Origin: Chrysomallon squamiferum
Taxonomy: Eukaryota > Animalia > Mollusca
Length of the DNA: 64,000 nt
Reading direction: 5' to 3'
Assembly (NCBI GenBank): GCA_012295275.1
Contig: CM022670.1
Coordinates: 4,650,001 to 4,714,000, forward strand
Shown: one piece after another, positions 40,144 to 53,952 of the stretch
Layout: each line of letters opens with the position of its first letter
How positions within the stretch are numbered: position 1 is the first letter of the stretch
Made by a program: the position numbers and the translations under genes
Notes under the pieces: generated by a model
What the model was told of the DNA's origin: nothing
Database searches by the model: none
What the model saw: the letters and a program-made list of their open reading frames with translations, nothing else

Positions 40144-42454
40144 CAGATTATTAATACACTGATTTAAAATAAAGTATGTGGGAACAAAATTCAGTCCGTA
40201 TTAAATTTCATGTCGGGTTTATTGACAACGTATTAATAAAAACAATAGCCGCTTTCATCTCTCTCATTACGCGACATTCATCGGCATGACCGCGACAAGA
40301 TGACCACGCGTCAGCAGCGACAACAGCACGCCCAGTAAACACAGAACAACGGAAGGTTTCATGGCGACGTGTGTACATCAACAACACGACGTAAACGTAC
40401 GATAATGCACTGCAACGACGATACATTTGTCTCGCAAACAGTCTCTGGAAGCAGGTAAACGCGACCGTCACCACAAAGCACGAACGCGTCGACTTGGCGG
40501 GAGTTTTAAAGTCGGAGTTAATAATCTGGCCAGTTACTCCGTGTTTAGAGTGTGATTTCTCTGTCTTAGACCCTCGATGGTTTGTTGAGGAAGCGAATTA
40601 GCTGGAATTGTGTGATAATTGAAAACATTTTGTGCAGCGTCTGCGAGTAAACATTGTGTAGCAAAGACAAGAAGTCAGTAATAAAGGTGGTGTTATCTGA
40701 AAAGATGAGAATTTTGAAAATAATTATTTTAGAAACCAACAGAGGAAAAGTTTGAAAAAAGAATTAACGTTATTATCCGCACCGGTAAAGAAGAATATTA
40801 TGTAAGTAGTTCTATTAAGAAGAAATAGTGAACAAAAAAAAACAAAAACAAAAAACAACAAATTCATGTATCATTTAAATCCACTGGAATTCAAATACTT
40901 GTTACTTAAAAAGGTATTCAGTTTTATGGATTTCAGACAAGTCCTAACTGTGTTCGTTTTAGCCCAGCTAACGATCAAAATATATCAGTATTTTTTTTTT
41001 CATTTCTTTATCACCTTTAATCTCATACTCACTGAATGTTTAACATAAAAATAATCCATTTATTTATTTAATCCATGGATGAAACATAGACCTCTTGTCA
41101 TAAAATGAATCAGAATTGCCTAACCAACAACCGCCCAAAACCGAACTATTAAATCTTTATTCTAGAAAAACCATGAAGAAAAACAACATAAAAAAAAATA
41201 AAATAAAATACAAAATCTTAATATATTTGTTTATTTTTGTAAAAATTCTTTAATTTATGTTCTAACGACTCCAGTTTAGAGGATAAAATATTAAATACTG
41301 ATTTATCTGACGTTGTGTCATACCTGTCTTAGATGAACAAAAAGCAGTCCCGGCTTTATAACGATGAAAATTCAGCTTCACTTTGTTTAGATAGACAGCA
41401 CATAATATAATACACTCCTGTTAAATTTAACTGGCTTTTAATAACAAACAATAAAAAAAAAAACCTCAAACATTTTAATTGAATTATATCTAGTCGACGA
41501 TTCGTTTAAAAAGGTTGATATAAATTGCTGAGGACACAATGATCTTCATGAGTATCAGGGGGTCCTCGAATTCGGCATCAAACGAGACATGCCGGCTTGG
41601 TTAGAGAAAAATTAATCATGCCGACATCATCATGGCTTTCCTCAACAAAAATCGCTCCAAGACGATCTATGTACATACACCATTCTGTTTAGAAGAAAGC
41701 CGTGAAGCCATTAACTTCGTAATGTGTTTTGCAATTGAGAAATTCGTTCTAAACATCGCCGTTCTTTTGTTAGACAGCCTGAAAGCCTCTGATAGACGGA
41801 ATCAGCGGGCGAGTTCGAATTTCAGATCGCTTCAGACGTCCCACCAACTGTGTTTCCAATTTCCTTTCGTTCACCCGTGTCTTGTCGTTACACGCCGTAC
41901 ACATTCATCCTCGTGTTGAATTATTTCCTTGGCCCATACATCATGTCGCGCTGACAAACCTCCGAGTTGCAGACAAACAGTTGTAACCGCTTCAAGTCGA
42001 TGTTTCGTAGAGTGGCATAACTGTTCTCCTGCACGCTAAGTGACTACAGATAACAGAGAGACTCAGCAGACCCTGTTAGACTTTTTAAAACAAGAAAAAA
42101 AGAAAAGAAAGAAAGGATAAAAAGTAAATAGATAAATCATTTCGTTCTTCTTTTTTTAAAAGCAGGTTTATTACCCATGAAGCAAATTGAGCGGGAGAGT
42201 TCGGTCGAGTTTTCGGTAAAATGCATGTGTAGTTATTTCGCTCGCTTCTAATGACGGCAACAGCTGACTGACTTTCTCTGGGGTTTTTTTTTCTTTTTTT
42301 CTTTTAAGAGTCGCAGTCTTTGCATGTGTGAAGTTCTGCTGTCATCAGACTAATGCTCTTTTGATGATGAATGACGCTAACATCTGTAGACATGTCACAT
42401 AACAACACAAACTAACATTCATCACTAAGAACAAAATGAAAAGAAAAACACATT

Positions 42455-42725
42455 CTGCTCAACCAGTGATAGACGTCTGTTTTATCGAATACCACGTTTT
42501 GTGCTTTCCCCATCTACGAGAAGACGCATCATAAAAGATCCCTTGTTGCTAATCCTAAAAAGAATTGATTAACGCATGATGAAAACGGGTTTCCCCTCTT
42601 GTTATCTGTGTGTTTATTAACTATATTATGTACGACGACGTAATTTATTATTATTTTTTTTTTAATAATTTTATTTAAAAATATATGTGTTGAAATTATC
42701 TTGGGATAAAACTGCGTTTTCGTTG
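42455..42725 (+). mobile_element. Degenerate SINE-like element, same family
   Basis: GTGCTTTCC, ATAAAAGATCCCTTGTTGCTAAT, CGGGTTTCCCCTCT and TGTGTTGAA occur in the same order as in the 33.8 kb copy. Confidence 0.55.
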
Positions 42726-44025
42726 TTTTTTTTTCTGTTTTTTTTAAATATTTACAGACAAAAACATTCCCAACAAAAAAAAAAACTATACAACTATCTA
42801 CACAATCAAAAGAAAAAATTATATCTTTCTCTGTAGTAAAGTGTCATCAATCACTGACGTATTCGTCGATTCGACGCGCTATCTCAGCGAATCAACGCAA
42901 GTATGACTATCGACGCAACAAAGTCGAAGTGTAACCAAAATGAAGACAAAAACGTGTTGAAATGAGACGTCATCGCATTAAAGGAACGTACACGCCCGGC
43001 AAAAGATAAAAGGATTTGTTGACGGATACGATCATAACGTGTTGAGTGTGAAGGGCAAAGATGAGTAATTTATGTTGTGGTAAAAAGCGATGTCAACAGA
43101 CTGTTCAGCTGATAGGATAAACTGAGAGAAAGATGAGAACAGCTGATGGCTTCAATCAGTGACTCAAAACTATCATCAGTCAGACTGTTATATACGACTG
43201 TATCACTGTATTACTGAAGCAAGCAGAGAACTAAACGAAAGAACTGTCATAACGGTACAGTTATCAGTAAAAAAATAATAACAAAAAATAAGTTATATAT
43301 ATATAGCGAGAGAGAATTCCTTTCATATTTTGGAATCTGTTGTTTAACCCTACGTACAGTGTGTTATGTAACCTCAAATGTATGCCGTGATGAAAGTGTC
43401 TTTCTTCTTTCTTTAATTGTTTTTGTTTTGTTGTTGTTGCTGCTGTTTTTAAACAATATTTGCCTTTTACAGTTCTCTCTCTGGGTGGTGCCTGTCAAAC
43501 ACTAGCCACGTGGGTTCTGTTAACCGTTAAAATAAAATGACAGTAAAAATTCTGGCTTTGCATTCCGTGCCTACGTTTACTGTCAAGCCGTGTATTTTAA
43601 TTGCTTACAGCAATAAATTTATTATGATACGTCAGTCTTAAATTTGTCACTGTTGATAAGATCTGCATTAAAAACAAATGACACTGATTAAAAGGTTATT
43701 CCCAGCCCTTTTTTCTTACTTTCCTGTATCGTATATCTCCGTGTAAAGCCCGAACTATAAACTTTAAACACCGGAATAACAGTCCGTTTTTGCCTTTGTG
43801 TGTTACGTGCGGTGCTTGATGTCTGTCACAAGTTTTAATGAGAGGATAAATTTAATGTGACGGATCGTGACATTTTAATCCCGTTTTGGTCTACGCAGAC
43901 TGGAGAAATCGAAAAATAAATTGTCGTGTCATGGTTATTTTACTTTCTGGTATTTTTTTCCCTAAATAAATACTAGTGCTAGTCACTCCGTCATCTTCTG
44001 TATAAATAATACGAAGAAGAAAAAA

Positions 44026-44440
44026 GATGATGATGATGATGATGATGAAGAACAATTACTATTATGTCTGACACTATTGCTGCTGCTGCTGCTGCTGCTG
44101 CTACTCTCTTATTACTAATAATATTACTACTATAACTTGTACTCATACTATAGCTACTACAACTGATATAGCTGATTTTGCTTCTGTAGTATAGCTGCTA
44201 CCTCTATTGCCACTAATACTATTACTAATATACTACCACTACACAACTACTCCTTTTATTACTACTACTACTACTATTGCTAATACTGCTACTCCTAATA
44301 CTGCTACTACTACTACTACTACTGCTACTACTGCTAATACTGCTACTACTGCTACTACTACGACTACTACTACTACTACTACTAATAATAATAATAATAA
44401 ATAAATAAATAATAAATTAAATTAATAAATAAATAAATAA
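44026..44440. repeat. Compound low-complexity tract (GAT/GCT/ACT/AAT/AAAT)
   Basis: Read directly from the sequence. Confidence 0.85.
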
Positions 44441-47178
44441 ATCAAATTCAGAAAGAAGGGAAACACAAAAAAAAAAAACCAGAAACACTGAAAGGCAGAC
44501 AGATAAATAAACAGAAGAAAGCAATTTCGAAAAGACCGACAGAGATAAATTAATAAATAAATAAATAAACTTCTTTTCACCTCAAACAGACCAGTCAGTG
44601 CATGACGCCTCATTACTTTGGAGAAATGCTTAAAACGTCTTAGCCTTATGTAAATCTAAACTAATAACATACATTAACAACGTCAACACTACAGCGGCAA
44701 CGTTAGTCTTGACAGTCGTTGTGTCCTGCATGACGCCTGTGGTGTTTGGTTCATTATTAACCAATTCTAACATCATCTGAAACAAAATTACCCGGCTCTG
44801 GCTGAACAATTGTCCACGACTGTTTAGTAATCCAGTTTCCTCCATGGTCGGCAATCAGTGGTCTTTCTGTTACGATGACCAACAATAACAAATAGTGGAC
44901 AATATATAATTTGCCTGGACAAGAAGACACCCCATTGCTTAGTCTAACCATCTTCGCTTTGAAACTGTAATTGCAGGTATGGACAAAGACGGGAACGTAG
45001 TTTCTATTTTACTGACATTCGTATGTAATATTTAAGTGTCTGGCCTAAATATGTGTAATATTTAATTTGCTGCATTTAAAAGAAAAACAAAATTTGAATA
45101 AATTAGATTCAGAGGTAAATGACTCGTATGGCGAGAAATTTTCAAAAACTGGCTGAAGTCATTGCCTAGGGTATAAGGAGTCACTGGATCACTCACCCTC
45201 GATACGCCATTTAGGATTTTTCCCAAACTAGCCAGTGTCTCCTTAATGGATATTATAATCTCTAGTATATGATTTCTTTTCTATGAGACGTAACATAAAA
45301 ATGACTGCCTCGTGAAAACAGATTAACACAGAAATTTACCTATAACGACTATATATGACATGACATATACTTGATAAATAGTTAATCAATATATTCGTTA
45401 CATTAATTCCTTGCAACAAATGTCAAATAAACCTAAATTAACTCTATCACTGTATGAATTAAAAATTAAACCAATATGATGTATATAGATGCTAGATCAT
45501 TTACGAGTTAAATGAGGGACAGACACACACACAAAGAGACACAGACAGAAAAACAAAGAGACAGAGATAAACAGACAGAAAATTAGTCAGACAGAGTGCA
45601 GAGAGACGCGAAGGGGACAAGAGAAGAAGAAAAAAGACACATTAAAAAATTAGTATTATTCGATGTCATTTCAGTCATTTTTCAAGTGTCACCTAAGTGT
45701 AAAATTCAAGTCCATAATGACCGTATATTAAATAGCTCACTGTTCTAAGCACCTTCTCGTTGCTGTCAAAAGTGAAAGCCTTAAGTCCGGGCTGCCACGA
45801 ACCCTTGTTTTCAGACGTAACTGCCCGTGTCCCATTATGTGTTTGACCTCTGTCAAGAACGACAAAGAAATCATTTTGCAAATGCGTTAGTTTGATAAAC
45901 AAGAGCGTCAAATTACCCACTCTTACCTTTCATGATGTGTCAAGGTTTGGGCTATTAACTCAGTGAGATACCCATACAGTACTGAACTTACGGCGCTCAC
46001 GTTTCAAACGTTTTGTGAAGAAATCCGTCAAAAAGTAAGCGGTAGGCCGCAGTTTGACTTTACAAGAACCAGCAAAGCAGCTGCTGCAGCGTGTTTTGTT
46101 TCTTTGTGATTTAGTAAACTGATTAATGCAAGACTTTTATATAAAGTAATTTTCGCTTTTTTGTTATTCTGTTGTGTTTTTCAGTGTTCCGTCATCCCAT
46201 CATTATCTTTTTAATCGTTTTTTTCCTTGTATTTGTTCTTCTTCATCTTCCTGTTATCATCAACATCATCATCATAATCACAACAATTATTGTTATTATT
46301 ATTATTATTAACAGTTTTTGCTCTTTCTCATCCTATACCATTTCACCGTGATTGTCATTACCTTCGTCGTACTCGTAATTTTCTTCTTATTTTTTTACTT
46401 TTTCTCTTTTTTCTTTATCTTTACTATTACTGTCATCATCAAAATGATCGTTATCGTTAATATCATTTTTATTTTCTAGTATTTTATCTTCTTTGTGATT
46501 ATTACCTTCGTTTTCCCTAACCTTTTTTTTTGAGTTTTTCTCATTCTTATAGTAATTTCACTTAATTCAGGGTGCTTCACATATAATATAAATTAACTAT
46601 AGTAGTAAAGGTAAGTATTCAGAATGTTATTATTCTACAAAACATAGTAAGAACATTTTGTTTAAAATATACGTTAATTAGTTGACTTTCAGTTATTTTT
46701 CTAATTTCTGTGTCAAGACACTAAAAAATGTAATGATATATAACTATCAGAAGTATCAGCAGAATTAGTAATGATAAAAATAGCAGTTGTTGTTACTGTT
46801 GTAACAGTAGTAGTAGTAGTTTTTGTTGTAGACAGTCCCATTTACTTTTTTCTAAAGGACGTTGCAGTAACAGCAAAACTAGTAGTAGAAGTAACAGAAA
46901 CAGCATTAGCAGCAAGTATGACGATATCCATCGTCTCTTTAGGTTTGTTCTGTTCTTTTATTTTCCTTTTATTATAGCGTTTTTTAATTTCTTTTCTTTG
47001 GTTTTTTTTTATTTTGTTTTTTTATTTGTGGGATTTTCTTTGGGTTTTTTTTTATTTTTTGGCGGGAGTTTTGTTTTTATTTTGATTTTATGATTGTTTT
47101 GTTTTTGTATTGTTTTTGTATTCTTGTTTCTTTGGGTTGTTTTTTGTGTGTGTAGCTTTTGGGGTTTTTTGGTTGTAA

Positions 47179-47211
<33 letters not shown>

Positions 47212-47795
47212 TTGGTGCGGTCGGGCTTTAGACACTATAGAATATCTATAATAACAGTTATTTTCATATTTCAATCAAATATTTTTTTTTATTATTTCGT
47301 ATTATTTTAAATATCAGAATTTTATTTTGTGACTGGTAAACAACCTCATTTGACATTTGTTTTTTAAATTTGCTAAACAAAATAAATCCTTTGTGAATAA
47401 TCGTTTTATCCTCTCTCTCCCACAGAAAATATACAATGGAAACAGCAAAACAGAAAGTGGCTAGCCTGTGGCAGGTACAAAGAACGGTATTAAATCGTTA
47501 ACAGTTTTTCTCCTGCTATCCCGAAGACAAACTCGTGAAGAGGGATTTCGTCGTATTAGTTCGCGTGGTTGAGTAAAAACTCAAGCTTAAAGAAAAATCG
47601 AAACGAAAACATCACCGGGGTCAAATGAAAAAAGTAAGGGAAACAACAATCAGATTAAATAAAGAATTTGGGACCGGTCTGTTGATAATATTTTTCGTTG
47701 TTCCCATTATATTTATCATTATCGTATTAAAGGTAATCTGATAACGTCTTATAAATTAATGATTTGTATTTTGCAAATATCTGGTTGAATTTTGT

Positions 47796-47826
<31 letters not shown>

Positions 47827-48500
47827 CTTTTACATTCATTTTTATTACTTTTGTTATTATATTTGTTGTTTTTGGTACCCTTTTTTTTTTCATTGTTTTG
47901 TTTGTTTTTATAAACTTGTTTGTTGTTTTTTTCATTTCTTGTTATTGTTTATTTTATTCTGACAAAACAAACCACAGCATGAGAACAAGTGAGAATGTAA
48001 GGAACCAGTGTAAAAAAGAGGCAGACAAAGACAGACACACAGACCAACAGACGAGCACAGAAGCAGAGCGATCCCTACAGAAAACGAAATAGCAAGACAG
48101 ACTGAAAAATAAATCTAAATTCGAACTGTCTTGGTTCCAAAGCGCATGTCCGTGTTATTTACTTTATATGTTTGATTTAACAATGCTCTCCTTTGTCATA
48201 CATCTGATGCATGTGGCGACAAACTATCAAGTTTAATAGAAAAGCCAATCATTGTAACTGTGCCAGATAATGTCTCCAAACAGCTGTGTGTGGACTTTAG
48301 GATTTCATTCTAATACTGTTGCGTGTTTTGCACTGTGCAGATAGCTTTTACAGTTATCTTTTCTCCCGAGGCAATTTCCTGTTGATTGCTGAATTGATAA
48401 AATGTATAAATACGTTTTTAAATTAGTGGGAACTACTGCATTTTTCTTCTAATCTATACATAATCTATACATTTTTTTTAACGTATACATAAATACTGTG

Positions 48501-48540
<40 letters not shown>

Positions 48541-48683
48541 ACACACACATACACACAAACGCAGACACACACACACATCTACCTTCAATATTATCACCGT
48601 TTTTGGGAGGTTTTTTTGTGGTTTTTGTGTGTTTCTTTTTTTTTCTTTTTTTTTTTTACTTTTATTTAGTAGGCTACAGAGAG

Positions 48684-48718
<35 letters not shown>

Positions 48719-49711
48719 TTTCCGTTTATATATTAAATATTATACTTTACTGATTATTGTTGTTGTTGTTATTGCCATTAGTAACTACAAAAAAAAAAAA
48801 AAAAAAAAAAAAAAGGAAAGAAGAAATAATAATAATAATAATAACGATAATAATTTCATCATTCCTTCTATTGCTCCTTCATTTTAACGTAAAATTTAAA
48901 ACTGTTTACAATCATATTTCTTGAATTTTCTTTTACTTGTTTCAAACTGATTCTGTAAAACAAAAATCGAACTCGAAGCCAAAACATCCCGTGAACTTTA
49001 GCGCGCTTTCTGCTTTCTAAACTACACTGAAGGCTTAATTGATACAATGACAATCTTTGATGAACCAAAAGCAAACAAGAAGACAGACAAGCCAGTGTGT
49101 AACTGTTTGTAACGAGCACACAAAACAAGTTTCTTGTCCTGTCTCCGCACACCTGCCTTTCATGGCTGCCCTCAAATCGTGTTGATTTTAGAAGCCGATT
49201 GGAATGACAAAGTGTAATGGCCGCCAAGGTATTTGCTCTCGAGTTGTCGTCAAGTTTGCTGATGTTCCAGAAGACCTGATATAGCCGCTGTGTGTCCGTC
49301 GTTGTGATAGCTGTCGTCATTATTTTTTTTTTCGATTTTGCTAAGTTTTTCTTTAATCTCCAAGATCTACTAAAATTCTGACAGTGATATTCTTTAAAAA
49401 TCCGTTAAATGATTTTCGTTAAATATTATGCTTACTAATGACATGTCTAGCCCTTGTCTATATTTGAGCATGCTTTGTGTGTTTCTGTATGAGTATGCCA
49501 GTGTTGGATTATAATTAAGATATATTATTAATTTTGAAATAATTTTATCGCCAGGTAAATAAAATAATTAAAATTAATAAAATATGTAATTAGCATAAGC
49601 GCCAGTTACATTATAATTTTAAATCAAAAACAAATTTTACCAATTTTTCAAACAATAATCAGAAGAGTTTGAAATATAAAATAACACGCTATTTGGTAAC
49701 AAGATTATAGT

Positions 49712-49717
49712 TTTATT
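49712..49717 (-). promoter_or_regulatory. Candidate polyadenylation signal of gene B
   Basis: AATAAA on the minus strand about 20 nt after the stop codon. Confidence 0.35.
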
Positions 49718-49738
49718 GCATTCACACACTCTCTAACA

Positions 49739-50384
49739 TTAAACAACAACATTTCTGTAGGCATTGCCATCTAAATACAAGCACTGTCCATCGGTCTCTA
49801 CAGTATAACTGCCGGACGTAGTAGTCGAACGATCGTCATCATTGTCCAGGCTGTCGTTGTGCCAGTCCTTGGGATAAGGATAACAAGCAGAGTGGACCAC
49901 GCCGTCCACAACGTCTCTGTGTGTTTTATCGTGGCCTGGAAAACACAAGTTTGTGAACGGTGAACGAGCAACATCGGAACATTTTGATTTCTCGCACTGT
50001 TTGATTTGATCCGGCGTTTTAAAACTCAGATGTGAAGAGTTTCTGTGTTCATCGAGGAACTGTTTTTCGTGAAATGGGGCAGTTGTTTTCTGTGACTAGC
50101 AGACGGGGACGGGCAAGACGGTGGATAAGAGTCGGGTGGGCACGGTGGGTAAGACACAGATGAAGAAGAAGGTGGTGGGTACGATTCCGGTGGGTACGAA
50201 ATTGGTGGACTCTGTTTGTAAGGCACTGGAGTATCACACGGGTTTCTGGTGTTGTACTGGTGTTTACGTTTCTCTGAAGGGTCTTTGAAAGTCACTCGTT
50301 TTCTGGAGGTGACCAGCACTGGATCTTTTAACCCCGGTTTTAATGAATTCTGACCGTTTTCTCGTGAAGTTTCGTGAAATTCAT
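49739..50384 (-). CDS. Pcdh: Protocadherin gene B terminal coding exon (RKRVTF, SYPP repeats, DDDRSTTTSGSYT, C-terminus NVVV); net -1 frame break within 50095-50026
   Basis: Phase-1 acceptor TTTTCTTTTCCTTAG| at 50385/50384. The first frame stops at 50028-50026. A second frame is open from 50095 to 49739 and encodes DWHNDS...DDDRSTTTSGSYTV, homologous to the gene A C-terminus. Confidence 0.88.
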
Positions 50385-51430
50385 CTAAGGAAAAGAAAAA
50401 CAAAAATTATATAGTTTTATTGTAATGAGATTTAAAAGCAAGCATAATTATTGAAAACATTTCAAAGAATTATAATATATTTTCAGAAAGGAAAAAAAAA
50501 TCATATATATATATATATATATATATATTTTTTAAATTATTTGTTGTATTTTTATTTTTATTTTTAGGGTTTCTTTTGATTTGTTTTGTTTTAATTCACT
50601 TTTAATTTCATTTATACTATTTCACATTTACGTTCACTTTAGTTTACCACAGCTTTATTAGGTTTCATTTATCTTCTAAGCCCCACATTTCTTTCATTCG
50701 CACTCTCGTGCCCCACATACAAACATTTCTCTTCAAATGTTTCACTCTGTGCATAATTGCTAACAAAGCTCTTTAACATCTATGGCCATCGATTTTTTTT
50801 TCTTTCTTTCTTTTCCATTTTACTCTAAACCTTTCCAGTCCATTTCTCATTCTTCTTTTTCTGACTTACATTATTACGAGTCCCGTTTCCTTTTCTTTAA
50901 AGGATGTTCAAACAACGAAACCATTCGAGAAACCCTGTGATATTCCAAGCCCGCCAGTTAACATTTAAATTGCCTTCTGTTCTGTGTTCCCCTCCCCCTC
51001 ACACACGATGACGTGGACCCCGTTTGTTCCTCGACGGCCTCGTGGACACGACTGAACGTCTGACAAATTTGTGCTGCTTACATTTCATACTGACGTTTGT
51101 ATAGGATCGTCTCAATGCTGCTGACTCGAACCCTTTGCTCCAAGTTATTTCATTCTTGTAACACTCATTATAAAAATGTCATGTCCCGGTGCGTTACGTA
51201 ACGGATGTCATAAGAACCTCTACACCGTACAATTACTTACTCGCATGTGAGGCCTTCATAAGGTATATAATATTTTTCAGTTAATTATTTTTATGTGTTA
51301 TGAATTCATTTGTTTCTCTGTTTTATTATTATTTTTATTTTTATTAATACTGTTAATGCTACTATCACTAGTAGTACAATCATAAATACTACTACATATT
51401 TTTGTTATGGCTTTTGTTGTTGTTGTTGTC

Positions 51431-51492
<62 letters not shown>

Positions 51493-51987
51493 TGACTTTT
51501 ATTACCTTATATAATGGTTTTTGGGTTTTTTTTTTTTTTTTAACTGAAACTTTTCAAAAAAACTTCAAATTCTTTAATTTTTTTTTCTTTGACAAGAATT
51601 CTTAAACCTGAGTAACAAATTAAAATCTAATACCAAACGAAAACCTTTATAAACACGTGAAAAGGCCTCCCTAGTGAATTGAAATTATGATACAAGTAGA
51701 TAAGGCGTTTTGCACCGAAAGCTCCCTTTGCAAAAACATAACAACATCATGATAAAGAATACGTCTCTAAGTATTTTCTGAAAGTGTATAAATAATGACG
51801 TATACGATATCTTGAAAAATCACTAAGAGATTAATACTATACGAAAAGCAGCGTTGCTCCTAATTAAATTGCAAATCTGCACCCATCCTCAAAAAAAAAA
51901 AAAAGAAAAAAAATTAGAAAAAAAAATCAGGACTTTATAATAAAGAACATCAAGATATACGAATTTCTGGAAAATGATGATAACAGC

Positions 51988-52230
51988 ACCCTAATACAAA
52001 ATAACACTGACCCTAGCCCTAATCCAAAATTACATTGACACTAACCCTAATTTTAAGTAACCCTGACCTTAACCTAATCCCCAAAAAACATTAACCCTAA
52101 CCCTAATCCGAAATATTTCAGAACCTGACCCTAATCCTAAATAACACTGACCCTAACTCTAGTTCCTAGGACACACTGGCCCTAATTTCAATGCCCAAAT
52201 AACTCTAATCCCATATAACATTAACCCTAG
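51988..52230. repeat. Degenerate minisatellite (unit about 30 bp) containing telomere-like CCCTAA hexamers
   Basis: Units resemble ACACTGACCCTAACCCTAATCCAAAATA, with many CCCTAA/CCCTAG/CCCTGA variants. Confidence 0.75.
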
Positions 52231-52321
52231 CCGTTACGCGAGTTTACGCCTAGAACCAGTGATTATTAGAAGATGCTAGCACTGTGAGTTGCGCTGTGTG
52301 TAAAACTAAAACTGAACTTAC

Positions 52322-52424
52322 TGGGGTCCTCCTCGCTGCCTCCCCGTCCACTGTCGCTGGTTGTCGTTTCGATTGATCCGTTACTTTCAACCTCGTCGTG
52401 GTAACCCGTCCACACTTCTCGTTT
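52322..52424 (-). CDS. Pcdh: Protocadherin gene B coding exon 3 (KREVWTGYHDEVESNGSIETTTSDSGRGGSEEDP)
   Basis: Acceptor TTTCATTGTCAG| and donor A|GTAAGT, 103 nt, phase 0/1, identical in size to gene A exon 3. Confidence 0.92.
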
Positions 52425-52915
52425 CTGACAATGAAATAATAAAACAAAGGTAAGAATAACGGTGATTTGATTGTTATGAAAGAACAAAACTAAATGAGAT
52501 GGGGTAGTTGATTTATTATTATTATTATTATTATTATTATCATCGTCATCGTCGTCGTCATCATCATCTTCATCATTATCATTATTATTGTTATTATTAT
52601 TGTTGTTGTTGTTGTTGTTGTTGTCGTTATCATGGTCATCATTATTATTATTATTACTATTATTTATTATTGTTGTTGTTGTTGTTGTTGTTATTCACTC
52701 ACTCCCTTCGTACTTAGATCATGATTATTAGAACAGGCAAGCGTATCATATGCTCTTGTGTTAACAGTGTCAAATAATTATTAACAAATAAACAAATATT
52801 AATAAAATAAATAAAAAGCTGGTAAAAATAATAACAGTCTTGTTATGCGTTATATATTAATGTATTTTCGATAATACGTATAAATATTTAAAAGTAAAAT
52901 AAAGCTCAGTAATAC

Positions 52916-53044
52916 CGGTGTTATCACAGGCTGTTCCTGGTACGATGTGAGTAAAGTCTGGTGATTCTGAAAAGTTGAAAACTGGTTTGATCTCTGATCT
53001 GTGCCGCTGTCACTGGAAGACTTTGAATCAGCATTAACATCATC
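52916..53044 (-). CDS. Pcdh: Protocadherin gene B coding exon 2 (43 aa, DDVNADSK...LLTSYQEQPVITP)
   Basis: Acceptor TTCTCTATTTCCCCAG| and donor CCG|GTATTA, 129 nt, phase 0/0. Similar to gene A exon 2; too short to appear in the ORF track. Confidence 0.82.
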
Positions 53045-53902
53045 CTGGGGAAATAGAGAAATAAAAATTATTTACTATGAGAAATAAGATCGCTTGAGAA
53101 AAAGAAAAAAAGAAAAGGTTAAAGTGTGCGTGTGTGTACTAAAAAGATTGTTTCACTGTAGCATATCTTTATTTCTTTCATATCTTTATTTCTACTTTGA
53201 TTTTACACAAGTAATAAACATTTATCTGAAAGGCACCAAATGATCTCAGATAACTATGTGCTTATTATATCGCACAAATGAAACTACATAAGCCAAAATA
53301 TTAATCCCAATAACTTAACACCTATCAAATTATTTATTGTTCAATAAATATAAAAATAATAATTTTACTAAATGCATGTGTTTATGAAAATAAATAAATA
53401 TATTAAATTCAAATAAATAAATGTACAGATAAACAAGAAAGAAAGAAGTATACTAACAAAAAAAAAATTAAATAAACAAAATTATATAATAAATAAATAA
53501 ATAAATTAAAAAATAAATAAATAAATAAATACTCATTAACAAACAACACACCACTAAAGTTTCATAAACCGAAAACTAAAATATAATAACCATCCTGCTT
53601 TAATTATTTAAAACCTAAAGTGAGTCAACGGAATTTCACGTTCTCGAGTTAAGCCATGAAGTAAGCCTACCCATTACAAACAATAAAACGGCTTAATGGA
53701 TAATGTCATGTTAAATCTGAAATAATTATTCCATTATTGCAAAACGCATTTTGGAGAGAAAAAAAAATTCTCGCCTATTATCTCAACTATCTTGACTGTT
53801 ACGGTAACTTGGCAACAAAGAGGAAAGTCAAATTACATTGTCTGACAAAACCATTATGTTTCTAGAAAATGTGCTAAAGGCGGATGGATGTATTGTTTAT
53901 TA

Positions 53903-53903
<1 letters not shown>

Positions 53904-53952
<49 letters not shown>

